Source of the DNA: Candidatus Nanoarchaeia archaeon
Lineage (GTDB): Archaea; Nanobdellota; Nanobdellia; Pacearchaeales; GW2011-AR1
Reading direction: 5' to 3'
Length of the DNA stretch: 64,000 bases
Assembly (NCBI GenBank): GCA_041501125.1
Contig: JBGQNO010000001.1
Span: forward strand, 37,981-101,980
Shown: piece after piece, positions 43,356 through 54,232 of the stretch
Position numbering within the stretch: position 1 is the stretch's first letter
How the letters are laid out: each line of letters opens with the position of its first letter
The notes under the pieces: model-generated
The model's database searches: none
Told to the model about the DNA's origin: nothing
What the model saw: only the letters and a program-made list of their open reading frames with translations
Program-made: the position numbers and the translations under genes

Positions 43356-44779
43356 CTCTTTTTTTCCTCGTGATACTCAGCATCAGTATTAACCTGCCAT
43401 TGGTCATATTTTCCTTCGCCAAGGATATTTTTTACAGCCAAAAGCGCAGTCATCATTGAGTGATCCGAGTTATTGTATCTGTGCAAGCCCCCTCTTCCAA
43501 TCGGCTGAAGAGAATTATCTTTAAAATTATTTTGCAGGTATGCTTTAATTATATTTACCTTCTCTTCATATCCTACAAGGTAAACTGGATAAACCTCTTT
43601 CAACCTGATAACCTCTGCATCAAAAACTTTTTCCACGCTTGCGAAGCTGAGTCTTTTCAAGTCTTGTTTTGCCTGTTCAATTAATTGCTCTTTAGACATA
43701 TTCCATAATTCATCTCCTTCATTGCAGGCATATTCAAATCCTATGCAGGATTTGCTTGCATCAGGCACCATGAAAGGACTCCAGTTCTTAAAAATTTGCG
43801 CTCGAATCGGCTTCATGCCTTCATCATGAGTATAAACCCAAGTGTCTGGCACAGTTTTGGGCTGGTCAATCATCAAAGCGACAGTTATGAAATCCCTAAA
43901 TCTCAAAAATTTAGCAGCATCAAGTATTTCCTGGAAAGGTTTGGGTTCTAATGAAAAAATTAGTTCTCTCAAAGGCATTGTAGACAGTACATAATCTGCC
44001 CTGAATTTTTTATTCTTCTTGCTGTTCTGTGCAGTCACTGAAACAATTTTGCCATTTTTGTGTTTTATCTTCACGACCTTCCATCCTTTCAGCACCTTGC
44101 CTTTCTTTGCCTCAATCAACCTGGTTACATGTTCCCACATCATGCCAGGCCCGTATTTAGGATATTTGAACTGCTCAATCAGGGACTTTATGTTATTGTC
44201 CTTGACGCCAAGAGATTTCTTTAAAGCATCTTTCAACGCGCTCATGAATGAAATTCCTTTGATTCTCTGACTGGTAAAATCCTTGCTTAAATACTTTGGA
44301 TGCACACCCCAAAGCTTAAAATTGTAGTCAATGAAAAATGGCTTTGCAAGATAATGCCCAAAATTATTAATGCACCAGTCAGCAACACTAATCTCAGGAA
44401 CTATAGGTTTGAGTTTTGCCTTTGCATAGCTCAATGCTATTTTCATTGAGTCAACCAGTCCAAAGACTCCAAGCAGTTCAAGGGGCTTTATTGGATAGTC
44501 AAAAAACTTCTTCCTGTAGTACCACCTTGATAATCTGGGTCTTGTCAAGAAATCTTCGTGCAAAATATTTTCCCACCATGCCTCAATTTCCCTGTTTTTA
44601 GTAAAAAATCGATGCCCTCCAATATCAAATCTGAAACCTTTGTAATTTATGGTTCTGGAAATGCCGCCGACAATGTTGTCTCTTTCCAGCACAGTCACCT
44701 TAAATCCCTTTTTAACAAGTTCATAGCCGGCAGTCAATCCTGCAGGTCCAGCACCGATTATTAAGACTGTTTTAGGCAT
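43352..44779 (-). CDS. FAD-dependent oxidoreductase (UDP-Gal mutase/PPO-like family)
   Basis: GAGPAGL, DIGGHRFF, YPVY, GRGGLHRYNNSDHSM. Confidence 0.85.
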   Translation of the reverse strand: MPKTVLIIGAGPAGLTAGYELVKKGFKVTVLERDNIVGGISRTINYKGFRFDIGGHRFFTKNREIEAWWENILHEDFLTRPRLSRWYYRKKFFDYPIKPLELLGVFGLVDSMKIALSYAKAKLKPIVPEISVADWCINNFGHYLAKPFFIDYNFKLWGVHPKYLSKDFTSQRIKGISFMSALKDALKKSLGVKDNNIKSLIEQFKYPKYGPGMMWEHVTRLIEAKKGKVLKGWKVVKIKHKNGKIVSVTAQNSKKNKKFRADYVLSTMPLRELIFSLEPKPFQEILDAAKFLRFRDFITVALMIDQPKTVPDTWVYTHDEGMKPIRAQIFKNWSPFMVPDASKSCIGFEYACNEGDELWNMSKEQLIEQAKQDLKRLSFASVEKVFDAEVIRLKEVYPVYLVGYEEKVNIIKAYLQNNFKDNSLQPIGRGGLHRYNNSDHSMMTALLAVKNILGEGKYDQWQVNTDAEYHEEKKS

Positions 44780-44837
44780 TTTGAGGTAATATTAACCTAT
44801 ATAGAAGGTTTAAAAATTTCATTATACTGAAGTTATA

Positions 44838-46343
44838 ATGGAACGTGGCTTGAAGGAGCAAGTTGTTAAGAATTCATTCTGGGCTTTCGCATCTTCTTTG
44901 ATAAACAGGCTTGGAGCATTAATTTTCACAATCATACTTGCACGATTCCTGCTTCCAGAAGGTTTTGGATTATATTCAATTGTCCTATCAACAGCAATGA
45001 TATTCTACACATTTGCAGACCTTGGAATAAACTCAACAATGATAAGGTATGTCTCGCATGCCCTCGCAAATAATAAAAAGAAAGTCTATGCATATCACCG
45101 TTATTTGCTCAAGGTAAAGTTTTTCCTGACACTGGCAGTGTCAGTTGTGTTGCTTGCCCTGTCCTATCCTCTGGCACTTTATGTTTTTAAGAACTCTGCA
45201 TTATTTGTTCCATTCATAACGTCTGCATTTTACATTTTTGTGCTTTCATTTGACACCTTTTATACATCATTTTTCTATACAATTGAAAAAGTGCAGTATG
45301 TCAGCTTTAAGGAGTCATTAAGCCAGATTCTCAGAATTGTTTTTGCACTTGTGGTGTTCTATGTTCTGGCATCTTCATATTATGTTGCAGGAATATTTGT
45401 ATCCTTGGCATTAATTTCATTATTCCTTGTTATTTTTATGTTGTATTACTTGAAAAAGTTGATTCCAGAGATATTCCTGCATCCTGGAAAAGAAATTGGG
45501 ATTGACAAAGCAAGAGTTTTGAAATTTGCAGGTTTCCTGACAATTGCAAGCATCTCTACAATATTCTTTTCTTATGTAGACTCAATTATGCTTGGAATGT
45601 TTTTGAAGCCAGAGTTTGTTGGTTTCTATCGTGCGGCATTCTCGCTTGTTTCAGGAGTTTCAGCCATTATTCTTGCACCAGCAGTTATTTTGTTGCCAAT
45701 GTTCACAAAACTTAAAAAATCCAAAACTGAAAATGCATTAAACCAGATTTTCAAGTATCTTACAATCTTTGCAGTTCCAGCAGCATTCGGCTTGCTTATT
45801 CTTGGAAAATATTTTGTAAGATTTTTCTATGACTATTCATACATTCCAGCAGCCCTGCCTCTTTATTTTCTTTCATTTTTAATAATTCCAGTAGTTTACG
45901 TGTCTGTTTTCCTTCCGCTTTTTTCAGCACGGGAAAAACCGCAGATTTTTGCAAAAATAATTGTGGCAGCAAGCATACTCAACATAATACTAAACTACAT
46001 TTTAATCAAGGCACTTCTTCCAGTATCGTCAATCTGGGCAACTGCCGGAGCCAGCATAGCTACTTTGACAAGCTGGATTTTCTATCTTATTGCAGTTGTT
46101 TATGTCTCTAAAAAAGAACTTGGCATTGCAGTTTCATTTAAGCATTTAATCAGGCCATTTATTGCAGGCATTATTATGTCCGGAGCTGTGCTTTATACAA
46201 TGACCTTCTTCAAGGACATGACTTTTATCTCAGGCACATTAGAGATATTGCTGGGCATACTAGTTTATTTCGGCGCATTGTTCTTGATAGGCGGGATAAA
46301 ACGCGAAGATTTTGAACTTATCAAGTTATTAAGAAGATTATAG
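44838..46343 (+). CDS. Wzx/MOP-family polysaccharide flippase
   Basis: LARFLLPEGFG, DLGI, VGFYRAA; many TM helices. Confidence 0.9.
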   Translation: MERGLKEQVVKNSFWAFASSLINRLGALIFTIILARFLLPEGFGLYSIVLSTAMIFYTFADLGINSTMIRYVSHALANNKKKVYAYHRYLLKVKFFLTLAVSVVLLALSYPLALYVFKNSALFVPFITSAFYIFVLSFDTFYTSFFYTIEKVQYVSFKESLSQILRIVFALVVFYVLASSYYVAGIFVSLALISLFLVIFMLYYLKKLIPEIFLHPGKEIGIDKARVLKFAGFLTIASISTIFFSYVDSIMLGMFLKPEFVGFYRAAFSLVSGVSAIILAPAVILLPMFTKLKKSKTENALNQIFKYLTIFAVPAAFGLLILGKYFVRFFYDYSYIPAALPLYFLSFLIIPVVYVSVFLPLFSAREKPQIFAKIIVAASILNIILNYILIKALLPVSSIWATAGASIATLTSWIFYLIAVVYVSKKELGIAVSFKHLIRPFIAGIIMSGAVLYTMTFFKDMTFISGTLEILLGILVYFGALFLIGGIKREDFELIKLLRRL

Positions 46344-46389
46344 CTTCTGTTACATAATCATTTATAAACCGCTTCTTTCAAATAAAGGA

Positions 46390-47745
46390 ATGGCAAAAGT
46401 TCTTTTGATACAGCCAAATTATGATATCAGCACACCGTATAGATGGCAGTCAGAAGCATGGATGCCGCTTGCCCTTGTCTCACTGGCAACTTATGTCAGA
46501 GACAAGAAAGGTCATGAAGTCAAAATTTATGACAGAAACTTGGACTATAACAATAACGGTTTTATTAGCATTTTAAGAAAATTTAATCCAGACATTGTTG
46601 GTTTAACATGTTATACATCACCTGCAATAAAGGATGTTATGCAGGTTTCTAAAATTACAAAGGAAAATTCCAAGGCAATAGTTCTTGTAGGTGGTCCGCA
46701 TGCCACGCTTGAGCCAAAGTCATTGCTTGATTATCAATACATTGATTATGTTGTTCGTGGCGAGGGCGAGCAGCCTCTTCTAGAAATCTGCGACCTTGTT
46801 GACAAGAAAAAAGCTGCAAAAAATAACATCTCAAAATTGAAAAACGTAAACTATAATGAAATGAGGCCCTTCATTAATCTTAACGATGTTCCTATAATGG
46901 ATTACGACCTGATTGATGTCAAAAGATACACAGTAACTACCTTTGCAACCAGCAGGGGCTGTCCGGGAAGATGCAGATTCTGCTACAACCAGGGAAGAAA
47001 GTTAAGATTCTATGATACTGCAAACACAATTGAGATGATGTCAAGAGTGATAAAAAAATACAGGATAAAAGAGTTTACAATAGCAGACGATAATTTTGCA
47101 AACATGAGCAAGAGAACTACGGACATATGCAATGCCTTGGCAAAATATAATTGCTCATTTTTCTGCTTTCTAAGAACTGACCAAGTCTATGACAAGGTAA
47201 TGTCTGAGTTAAAGAAAGCAGGTTGTCTTACAATTCAGTTTGGTTTTGAATCAGGCAGCCAAAGAATTCTTGATTTTATACGCAAAGACAATACAGTTGA
47301 GCAGAATGCAAAAGCTGTTGAGCAATGCAGGAAATACGGGATTTTTGTAGAAGGAAGCTTTATGATTGGACTGCCGACTGAAACAACCCAGGAACTTCAG
47401 CAAACAATCAGCTTCATAGAAAAAAATAAGCTCGATAATGTATTTACAAAAGTCTACAAGCCATATCCATCAACCGAACTTTATGATTATTGCATACAAA
47501 ACAAGCTGATGAAAAAGCCGGAAACACTTGAGCAGTGGATTGAATTCTCAAATCTTTCAGAAGGCAACATAAACGTGAGTGACATTCCCACACAGGTTTT
47601 GCTTAAGGCATTGCAAAGAACCAATAAACACGACGTATTAATGTACATTAAGAAAGGTTTGATAATGGTAAAAAGAGGAAACATCAGCTACGCATTATTG
47701 AGAGCCAAGCAACTGATAACTCAGCAACTTAAGAAATTCATTTAA
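46390..47745 (+). CDS. B12-binding radical SAM enzyme
   Basis: GGPHAT, GEGE, SRGCPGRCRFC, GFESG. Confidence 0.9.
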   Translation: MAKVLLIQPNYDISTPYRWQSEAWMPLALVSLATYVRDKKGHEVKIYDRNLDYNNNGFISILRKFNPDIVGLTCYTSPAIKDVMQVSKITKENSKAIVLVGGPHATLEPKSLLDYQYIDYVVRGEGEQPLLEICDLVDKKKAAKNNISKLKNVNYNEMRPFINLNDVPIMDYDLIDVKRYTVTTFATSRGCPGRCRFCYNQGRKLRFYDTANTIEMMSRVIKKYRIKEFTIADDNFANMSKRTTDICNALAKYNCSFFCFLRTDQVYDKVMSELKKAGCLTIQFGFESGSQRILDFIRKDNTVEQNAKAVEQCRKYGIFVEGSFMIGLPTETTQELQQTISFIEKNKLDNVFTKVYKPYPSTELYDYCIQNKLMKKPETLEQWIEFSNLSEGNINVSDIPTQVLLKALQRTNKHDVLMYIKKGLIMVKRGNISYALLRAKQLITQQLKKFI

Positions 47746-48421
47746 ACTTTCTGGCTTTAATGACAAAGAATGAAGAGAAAATATTTGGACTAAGATTTGC
47801 CATCATCAGCCTAAGTCTATAGGGCAGCAAAAGATTTCCTGTCTTTGAAACCAGTCTTCTGGCAAATTCTTTTAGATTTCCAGTGTTGAGCGGCTCATTC
47901 CCATTAAATTTAGGCGAGTAATATGCATACACTATTTCAAACCCTTGACACTCAATCAGTCCTAATAGTTTTTCTTTTCTAAACCACTGCTTGTGGTGCG
48001 AGCCATCAGGCTTTACATTCGGCACGCTTATTATCACTTCACCGCCGATTTTCAAAATGCGTTTTATTTCACTGACAGTAAACTCAGGCCTGTCAAGATG
48101 CTCAAGGACCTCGCAACAATATACAGTATCAAATGAGCCATCCTTAAAAGGAAATTTCTTTTCGACATCACCTTTAACAACATCAAAATTAAATCTTTTC
48201 TTCGCGAATTCCAGTCCAGAATCTGAAATGTCAAACACTATTGCATTCTTGACACCAAGATACGCAAGCATTTGCCCATTCCCTCCACCAACATCAAGAA
48301 TCTTTTTCTTTTCTTTTGGCATTATTGACGTCCTGATTTTGTCATACGCCTTTTCATAATATCTTGTTCTTTTGCGTTCTTCAAACTGGTTTTGCCAATA
48401 GTCAGAGTAATCATATTTCAT
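47738..48421 (-). CDS. Class I SAM methyltransferase
   Basis: LDVGGGNG, EVLEHL. Confidence 0.88.
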   Translation of the reverse strand: MKYDYSDYWQNQFEERKRTRYYEKAYDKIRTSIMPKEKKKILDVGGGNGQMLAYLGVKNAIVFDISDSGLEFAKKRFNFDVVKGDVEKKFPFKDGSFDTVYCCEVLEHLDRPEFTVSEIKRILKIGGEVIISVPNVKPDGSHHKQWFRKEKLLGLIECQGFEIVYAYYSPKFNGNEPLNTGNLKEFARRLVSKTGNLLLPYRLRLMMANLSPNIFSSFFVIKARKFK

Positions 48422-49364
48422 GTTTCAAAATCCTCTTGTAAAGGTCAAGATGCTTTCTGGCGACTTCTTCCCATGTTAATGTAATTTCTTTGCTTAATCT
48501 TGCTGCTCCTTTTCCTATCTCATTCCTCAACTTTTTGTCCTTAACAAGCTCTTTGATTCCTTTTGCAAGGTCATTGGTAAGATATGCAGTTTCCCTATGA
48601 GTCAAGAGATAACCAGGCCTGCCTTGAAAAGCAAGTATTGGTCGTCCAGCCCTTATGTACTCAAAGAATTTGAAGCTGCTGTCCTGGTCAGCTGGATTTA
48701 TCAGAATATCTGCTTGCTTCAAAACAGATGGAATTTCATCTGCAGGAATAAAACCCATGAAGTGAACATTTTTTCCAGCAGTCTTCTGGAATTCAGGATT
48801 CGGTTTTCCGAATAAGTATAGCTCACAATCCAAGCCCTGAACAGCATCTATCATCTTGTCCGTCTGCTTGTATCTTGACTGGTCACCAATGTAAACAACT
48901 TTAACTTTTCCTTTAAGTCTTATTTCAGTTAGCTTGACATTTGGCTGAACTCCATGTGGAATAAACTCTACTTTCTTGCCAAGAATCCCAGCCTTTACTT
49001 GATTATATTTGCTCATTGTCGTTATGTAGTCAGAATTAAGAATTGCAAACATCTCAAGATAGCTAGGCAAAGCTCCCCATTTCTTACCCATCTGCTCCGC
49101 ATAATAATCATCCCACATATGCACAATCGGCGTTCTTAGCAAGCCAATTTTCTTGAAGAATGATGGAATAAAGCCAGCAATTCCTGTAGCTACAACAATA
49201 TCTGGCTTAAATCTAAGATACTCAATATAAAACTTCCAGAAACTTCTTTTTGTTATCACGCGAACTTCATTGCCAAATTTTCTGAAAAAATACACGTCAG
49301 ATGTCAAACCCCATGGAACCTTGTCATATGTGTCCAGGTCAACTGCTACGAATAGGATTTTCAT
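48411..49364 (-). CDS. GT4-type glycosyltransferase
   Basis: IPHGV, ADILINP...FKFFEYIRAGRP. Confidence 0.82.
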   Translation of the reverse strand: MKILFVAVDLDTYDKVPWGLTSDVYFFRKFGNEVRVITKRSFWKFYIEYLRFKPDIVVATGIAGFIPSFFKKIGLLRTPIVHMWDDYYAEQMGKKWGALPSYLEMFAILNSDYITTMSKYNQVKAGILGKKVEFIPHGVQPNVKLTEIRLKGKVKVVYIGDQSRYKQTDKMIDAVQGLDCELYLFGKPNPEFQKTAGKNVHFMGFIPADEIPSVLKQADILINPADQDSSFKFFEYIRAGRPILAFQGRPGYLLTHRETAYLTNDLAKGIKELVKDKKLRNEIGKGAARLSKEITLTWEEVARKHLDLYKRILKHEI

Positions 49365-49400
49365 GTTTTGATTTACTTCTAGTGATATATAAAATTTTGT

Positions 49401-50015
49401 TTACTTGATTTTCTTGGCGACAATGTGGAAACTCCAGTAAGCATCCCGGCTTGGATTAAACTCTAATATTTTCATTCCATTTTCATTCAAAAATTTGTTG
49501 ACAACTTCATACGTAGGAATCCATTTGTGATTGTCGCTTACCCACGGGCCATTTGCATTCCACAGTTTCATAGATTTATGAGGAATGTAAAGGAATAATA
49601 TCCCGCCAGTTTTAAGTTTGCTTATCCACAGTTCAAGCGCTTCTTGCCACCTGTCAAGATGCTCAAGGCAATGGGAACTGAACACATAGTCTAAACTTCC
49701 ATCTTTGAAGTTGTCAAGCTTGTAGGCATTTTGTCTAGGTTCATTCTCAATTGGAACTGCTCCAGGAAACGGGAATCTTCCAGCACCAACATCAATTCCT
49801 TTTCCCTTGCAGAAATCTTTTGCCCTATTAAGTATAAATGCCATTGCATTGCTTTTGTTTAAATATTCTGGATATAGTTCGCCCTGATATTTGTAAAAAA
49901 CCTTTCCATTTATCTCAATTCGCTTGATTTGGCGCCTTCTCCACGCATTTAACAAGAAATAAAATACCTTTTTTGGGCTTGCTATGAAGCTTTTGAGTTT
50001 TGATGACAGTTCCAT
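49401..50015 (-). CDS. Class I SAM methyltransferase
   Basis: IDVGAG, FSSHCLEH. Confidence 0.85.
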   Translation of the reverse strand: MELSSKLKSFIASPKKVFYFLLNAWRRRQIKRIEINGKVFYKYQGELYPEYLNKSNAMAFILNRAKDFCKGKGIDVGAGRFPFPGAVPIENEPRQNAYKLDNFKDGSLDYVFSSHCLEHLDRWQEALELWISKLKTGGILFLYIPHKSMKLWNANGPWVSDNHKWIPTYEVVNKFLNENGMKILEFNPSRDAYWSFHIVAKKIK

Positions 50016-50096
50016 TTTAGTGTTTTCTTATAACGCCTGAACTCTTAAAAACCTTTCTGAAATAAACTTTTTAAACAACTTCATACTGTCTAGCCT

Positions 50097-51161
50097 ATGG
50101 CATTTAGCAGCATCAAAAACATATTCACTTCGCATCAGAAGGAAGCAGTCAAAAATATATTGAGAGATTTTGTTTATTACACCTGGAAGTTCCTTAGCCC
50201 CTACAAACAAATACTTGATTCTAAAGACATTAAACATGTGCTTGTGGTAAACAAAGGTGTAATCGGTGACTTGCTTGTTATAACACCGATGATAAAAGCG
50301 CTTGCTAAAAAATACCAGAAAGTAGACATTCTTATGCGGCAGGACATGGCAGAGATATTATCTGGAAATTCCAACATAAACAAACTCATGTTCTACACTA
50401 ATTTTGATGACGTGCTTAAGCAGATTAAAGGCAAATATCAGCTGGCTATACTCTTTAATCCGCCAACCTATGAGATGAAGAATCTATGCAGGCAAGCAGG
50501 CATAAAATACATTGTAGGAAACAGTTTTTCATACTCCTTGTCTGATTTTCTCTTAACAGCCAGAACACGAGAAAATTCCAATGAACATTTTGTCCAGAAA
50601 GCACTGGACCAAGCAAGGCTTGCTAATGCAGACATCAAAAACCCAAAAACAGAATTCTTTTTCTCAAAAAAAGATGAGGCATACGTTGAAGATATGCTGA
50701 AATCAAATAAGATTAAAGACTTTGTAGCTGTTCATGCAGGCAAGCGCGGCAATATTAAAGACCCAAATACAAAAAGATTCTTCTGGCCTTCAGAGAGATT
50801 TGCCCAGGTTATTGATTACATTGTCCAAAAATATAAACTTCCAGTTATTCTTACAGGCTCAAGCATGGAAAAAGAAAGAAACGAAGAAATAATGTCTCTT
50901 GTAAAATCAAAAAATGTTTTTAATTTCTGTGAAAAAACAACTCTTAAACAATGGGCGTGTTTGCTGAAGAAAGCCAAGCTTCTTGTAAGCCTGAATACAG
51001 GTGCAACACATATCGCAGCCGCTATGAACACTAAAACAATTGTAATAAATGAAGAATTTCCAGAACTCTGGCATCCATGGCTTCCAGAATCAAGATATAG
51101 AACTTTGCCTTATCCATCAATTGAGCAAGCCAAGGAAGCAATTGATGAGATGTTAGATTAA
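50097..51161 (+). CDS. GT9 (ADP-heptose heptosyltransferase-like) glycosyltransferase
   Basis: IGDLLVITP, WPSERF, NTGATHIAAA, WHPW. Confidence 0.88.
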   Translation: MAFSSIKNIFTSHQKEAVKNILRDFVYYTWKFLSPYKQILDSKDIKHVLVVNKGVIGDLLVITPMIKALAKKYQKVDILMRQDMAEILSGNSNINKLMFYTNFDDVLKQIKGKYQLAILFNPPTYEMKNLCRQAGIKYIVGNSFSYSLSDFLLTARTRENSNEHFVQKALDQARLANADIKNPKTEFFFSKKDEAYVEDMLKSNKIKDFVAVHAGKRGNIKDPNTKRFFWPSERFAQVIDYIVQKYKLPVILTGSSMEKERNEEIMSLVKSKNVFNFCEKTTLKQWACLLKKAKLLVSLNTGATHIAAAMNTKTIVINEEFPELWHPWLPESRYRTLPYPSIEQAKEAIDEMLD

Positions 51162-51165
51162 CATC

Positions 51166-52274
51166 TTAAATGAAATCTAAGCCACAATAACAATTCTTGC
51201 ATACAGGCAACATCTTGTCTATAAAAGCATTTTTTCTAAATTCTTTAAATTTCTTAGAGTTCCATATGTTATCAATATTATCAGTTAGAATATTTCCCAT
51301 ATTCATTCTAATAAAACCACATGGAATTATGTCACCATTATAGTCCAAAAAAAGCATGTTTCTTGCCGTGCAGATTAGTCTCTTTGACCTTAAACTGAAT
51401 ACATTGTAATTAGACGATTCTTTTAAAATAGGGTTAATCTCAATCCGGGCATCAATATTTTTCATTCTTTTGTATGTTTCAAAAAACTCTTTTATACTAA
51501 TATTATCACTTTGCATACAAGTCGATATCATCCCCCCCCCCCGTCAATAATTTTTAATGTATCTTCAATTTGCCCACTTTTCATATTTTGAATAGGATAA
51601 GTTAACCCAAATGATTTTGTCCCTAGGTCCTTGCACAATTTAATAACTTTTTCTGCATCATGAATGTTCTCTTTTTGCAAAACAAAATTAATACCCACAT
51701 CAAAATTTTTAGTCAAAATTTTTATAGTCTTTACTGTTTTGTTAAAAGCCCCGATTCTTCCACGGATTTTGTCGTGAGACTCTTGTAGTCCATCTAAGGA
51801 TATTGAGACGCCGGTAATCGGATAGTTCTTTAATTTCTCTGCAATATTTTCATTGATAAGAGTACCATTGGTTCCAAATTCTATGTTCATTTGATTGTCT
51901 TTTATACAGTCAAGAATTTGAAACAAATCATCTCTCAGAAGGATTTCACCACCAGTTAAACAAATCTTTTTGATGCCAAACTTCTTTAAAGAGAATATAG
52001 CCTTCTCAATCTCTTTTGAAGACAACTCATCTGCATGCAGTTTATTCAGATTTTTAGCTCTGAACTCTTTTTGATGGCACATCTGGCAATTTAGATTACA
52101 TCTCATAGTAAGAAAAATTAGAGCATTTTTTGGCTTAGGAAAGTCTGCCATATTCTTAATCCTTGAATAATCTACTCTTTTCTTTAATTTTGAATATGCT
52201 CTTATTATATACTCGCCAAAGATGTTACTATCTAATGATTTTATAAGTTTTTCTTTCAAAAGTTTAAAGTTCAT
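51166..52274 (-). pseudogene. Radical SAM/SPASM protein split by a frameshift at a G11 tract (ORFs 51528-52274 and 51166-51531)
   Basis: CNLNCQMC and TGGE in the 5' ORF; SPASM C..GDIIPC..MGNI...CKNCYC in the 3' ORF; junction at C11 51532-51542. Confidence 0.8.
51532..51542 (-). repeat. G11 homopolymer (candidate phase-variation tract)
   Basis: 11 consecutive C on the plus strand in an AT-rich gene. Confidence 0.9.
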
Positions 52275-53089
52275 TTTGTAATCTCTATCCTCTTTGCGTA
52301 AAGAACATTCAGCCCGTTATTTCCAGGATACAGCATCCTGACATCAAACCCGTTTTTCTCAAGAAAGTTTTTCATTGTCTGCACATCTCTTTTCTCGTCA
52401 AGAGCATGAACTTCCATGCTTATCTTGTCAATCCTTTTAAGAAGTTCTGGAGCAGAGAAAAGAATTTCATATTCTGCTCCTTCGCAGTCGCATTTAAGAA
52501 AATTTATCCTGTCTATTTTGTTCATCGCAAAAACATCCTTCAATGAAATTGTCTTTATCGAAAATTTCTGCCTGTTCTCGCCGCCTGTTATGTAAAATGA
52601 ATGCCCTCCGGTGTTTATGCCAGAAACCATTATGTCTTTGTTGCCAGTCTTGTCAGAAACACCAGCATTATATGCAACAACATTCTTCAAATTATTCAGT
52701 TTTGCATTATCCTTAAGCCTGTCAAAATTCTCCTTTACAGGCTCAAATGCATAAACTTTTCCTTCAGAAGCTTTTGATGCAGCATAAACAGTAAAAACTC
52801 CAACATTTGCGCCTATATCCATGATAATGTCATTTTTGTTGATTTCAAATCCCTCTGGATTATACTCTTCATATACCCAAATTTCATTTATCATATTCCT
52901 CTCAAAACTGTCAGACTTTATCAGCAACTGAATGCCATTCCTGAACTTATAGACTAAGTTTGTATCTTTGTATTTGCCAAGAAAATCTTTGAAATATGTG
53001 GGCCAATTTTTTATTAGCTTGATAATCTTGAATCCAGCAGCTATCTGCTTGAGTCCTATTTTAGTGTCGCGATTCCTGCTTAATTTCAT
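52271..53089 (-). CDS. FkbM-family methyltransferase
   Basis: DIGANVG, FEP, KCDCEGAE. Confidence 0.9.
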   Translation of the reverse strand: MKLSRNRDTKIGLKQIAAGFKIIKLIKNWPTYFKDFLGKYKDTNLVYKFRNGIQLLIKSDSFERNMINEIWVYEEYNPEGFEINKNDIIMDIGANVGVFTVYAASKASEGKVYAFEPVKENFDRLKDNAKLNNLKNVVAYNAGVSDKTGNKDIMVSGINTGGHSFYITGGENRQKFSIKTISLKDVFAMNKIDRINFLKCDCEGAEYEILFSAPELLKRIDKISMEVHALDEKRDVQTMKNFLEKNGFDVRMLYPGNNGLNVLYAKRIEITK

Positions 53090-54174
53090 TTTTCACTCAA
53101 ATTAGCGTCTTTTATTAACTTTTCCAATTTAGGCAGAAGAATCTTCCAGTCAAACCTTTTGACATTTTTTCTTGCTTCTTTGCCCATTTTTATTGCAAGT
53201 TTCTTGTTGTCAGCCAAGAAATCAATAGTCTCAGCTATGCTCTCAGGCCTGACTCCATCCAGAAGAAAACCTGTTTTTCCATTTATTACGCTCTCGCGTA
53301 ATCCACCCTCGTTTTCACCGATTATAACTTTTCCAGAAGCTCCTGCTTCCAGAGGCACAAGCCCCCAGTCTTCATTAATGCATATGCTTATCACTCCAAG
53401 GCAATTTGCATACAATCTGGCAAGTTCCTTGTCAGACACGTTTCCAAGAAATTTAACATTGGAATAATTTTTGCACAACTCAACTATTTTGTCCTTGTCA
53501 GGCCCATCACCTACAACATAAAGCTCAATGTCTTTGTTCTTTACAAGCCCCATGCTTTTGATTGCAATATCCACTCGTTTGGCAGGAACAAATCTTCCAA
53601 CAGACAGGATATAATTTTGATAGCTTTTTGGCTTGTAGTCATTATAATTTATTCCATGATAGACTACTTGTGCATCTCGTCCATAATACTTTTTCACTCT
53701 CTCACGTACATTTATGCTGTTAGTTGCTATTGTCTTTATGTTCTGGGCAGCCAGTTTGTCAAGTCCCTGAAAAAGAAGCTTTTTCAGCACCAAGGATATT
53801 TTTCCCAGGAAGCTGGCATTATTCCAGTAATATCTTCGCAAATCATAAAAATCTCTTTTTGGAGAATAACAAACCCAGAATACATTGTCATTTCTTAAAC
53901 TTGCAAAATTTGTCGGCCAGTCATTTGCAATAACAACATCAAATCCATCAAATTTCTTGAACCAAAACACAAATGGCGAGAAGATTTTTGACTTTAGCCC
54001 AAGAAGATTTATCTTCAGTTTCTTGAAACCAGGATATGCTGTTTCGGAATTGTATCTCTGGGTAAAGATTTCAACTTCATGCCCTCTTTTCTGCAGGTAA
54101 AGTGCGTAGGTTTCTATAACTCTCTGGGCACCGCCAATTCCCTCAATATAAGGCTGGAGTATTGCTATCTTCAT
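53086..54174 (-). CDS. GT4 glycosyltransferase
   Basis: GGAQRV, VGRFVPAKR, EDWGLVPLEA. Confidence 0.9.
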   Translation of the reverse strand: MKIAILQPYIEGIGGAQRVIETYALYLQKRGHEVEIFTQRYNSETAYPGFKKLKINLLGLKSKIFSPFVFWFKKFDGFDVVIANDWPTNFASLRNDNVFWVCYSPKRDFYDLRRYYWNNASFLGKISLVLKKLLFQGLDKLAAQNIKTIATNSINVRERVKKYYGRDAQVVYHGINYNDYKPKSYQNYILSVGRFVPAKRVDIAIKSMGLVKNKDIELYVVGDGPDKDKIVELCKNYSNVKFLGNVSDKELARLYANCLGVISICINEDWGLVPLEAGASGKVIIGENEGGLRESVINGKTGFLLDGVRPESIAETIDFLADNKKLAIKMGKEARKNVKRFDWKILLPKLEKLIKDANLSEK

Positions 54175-54232
54175 ACATTTTTTAGAATGGTTATATATTT
54201 AAATTCGTTTCTTTATCATAAAATGCCTGAAA

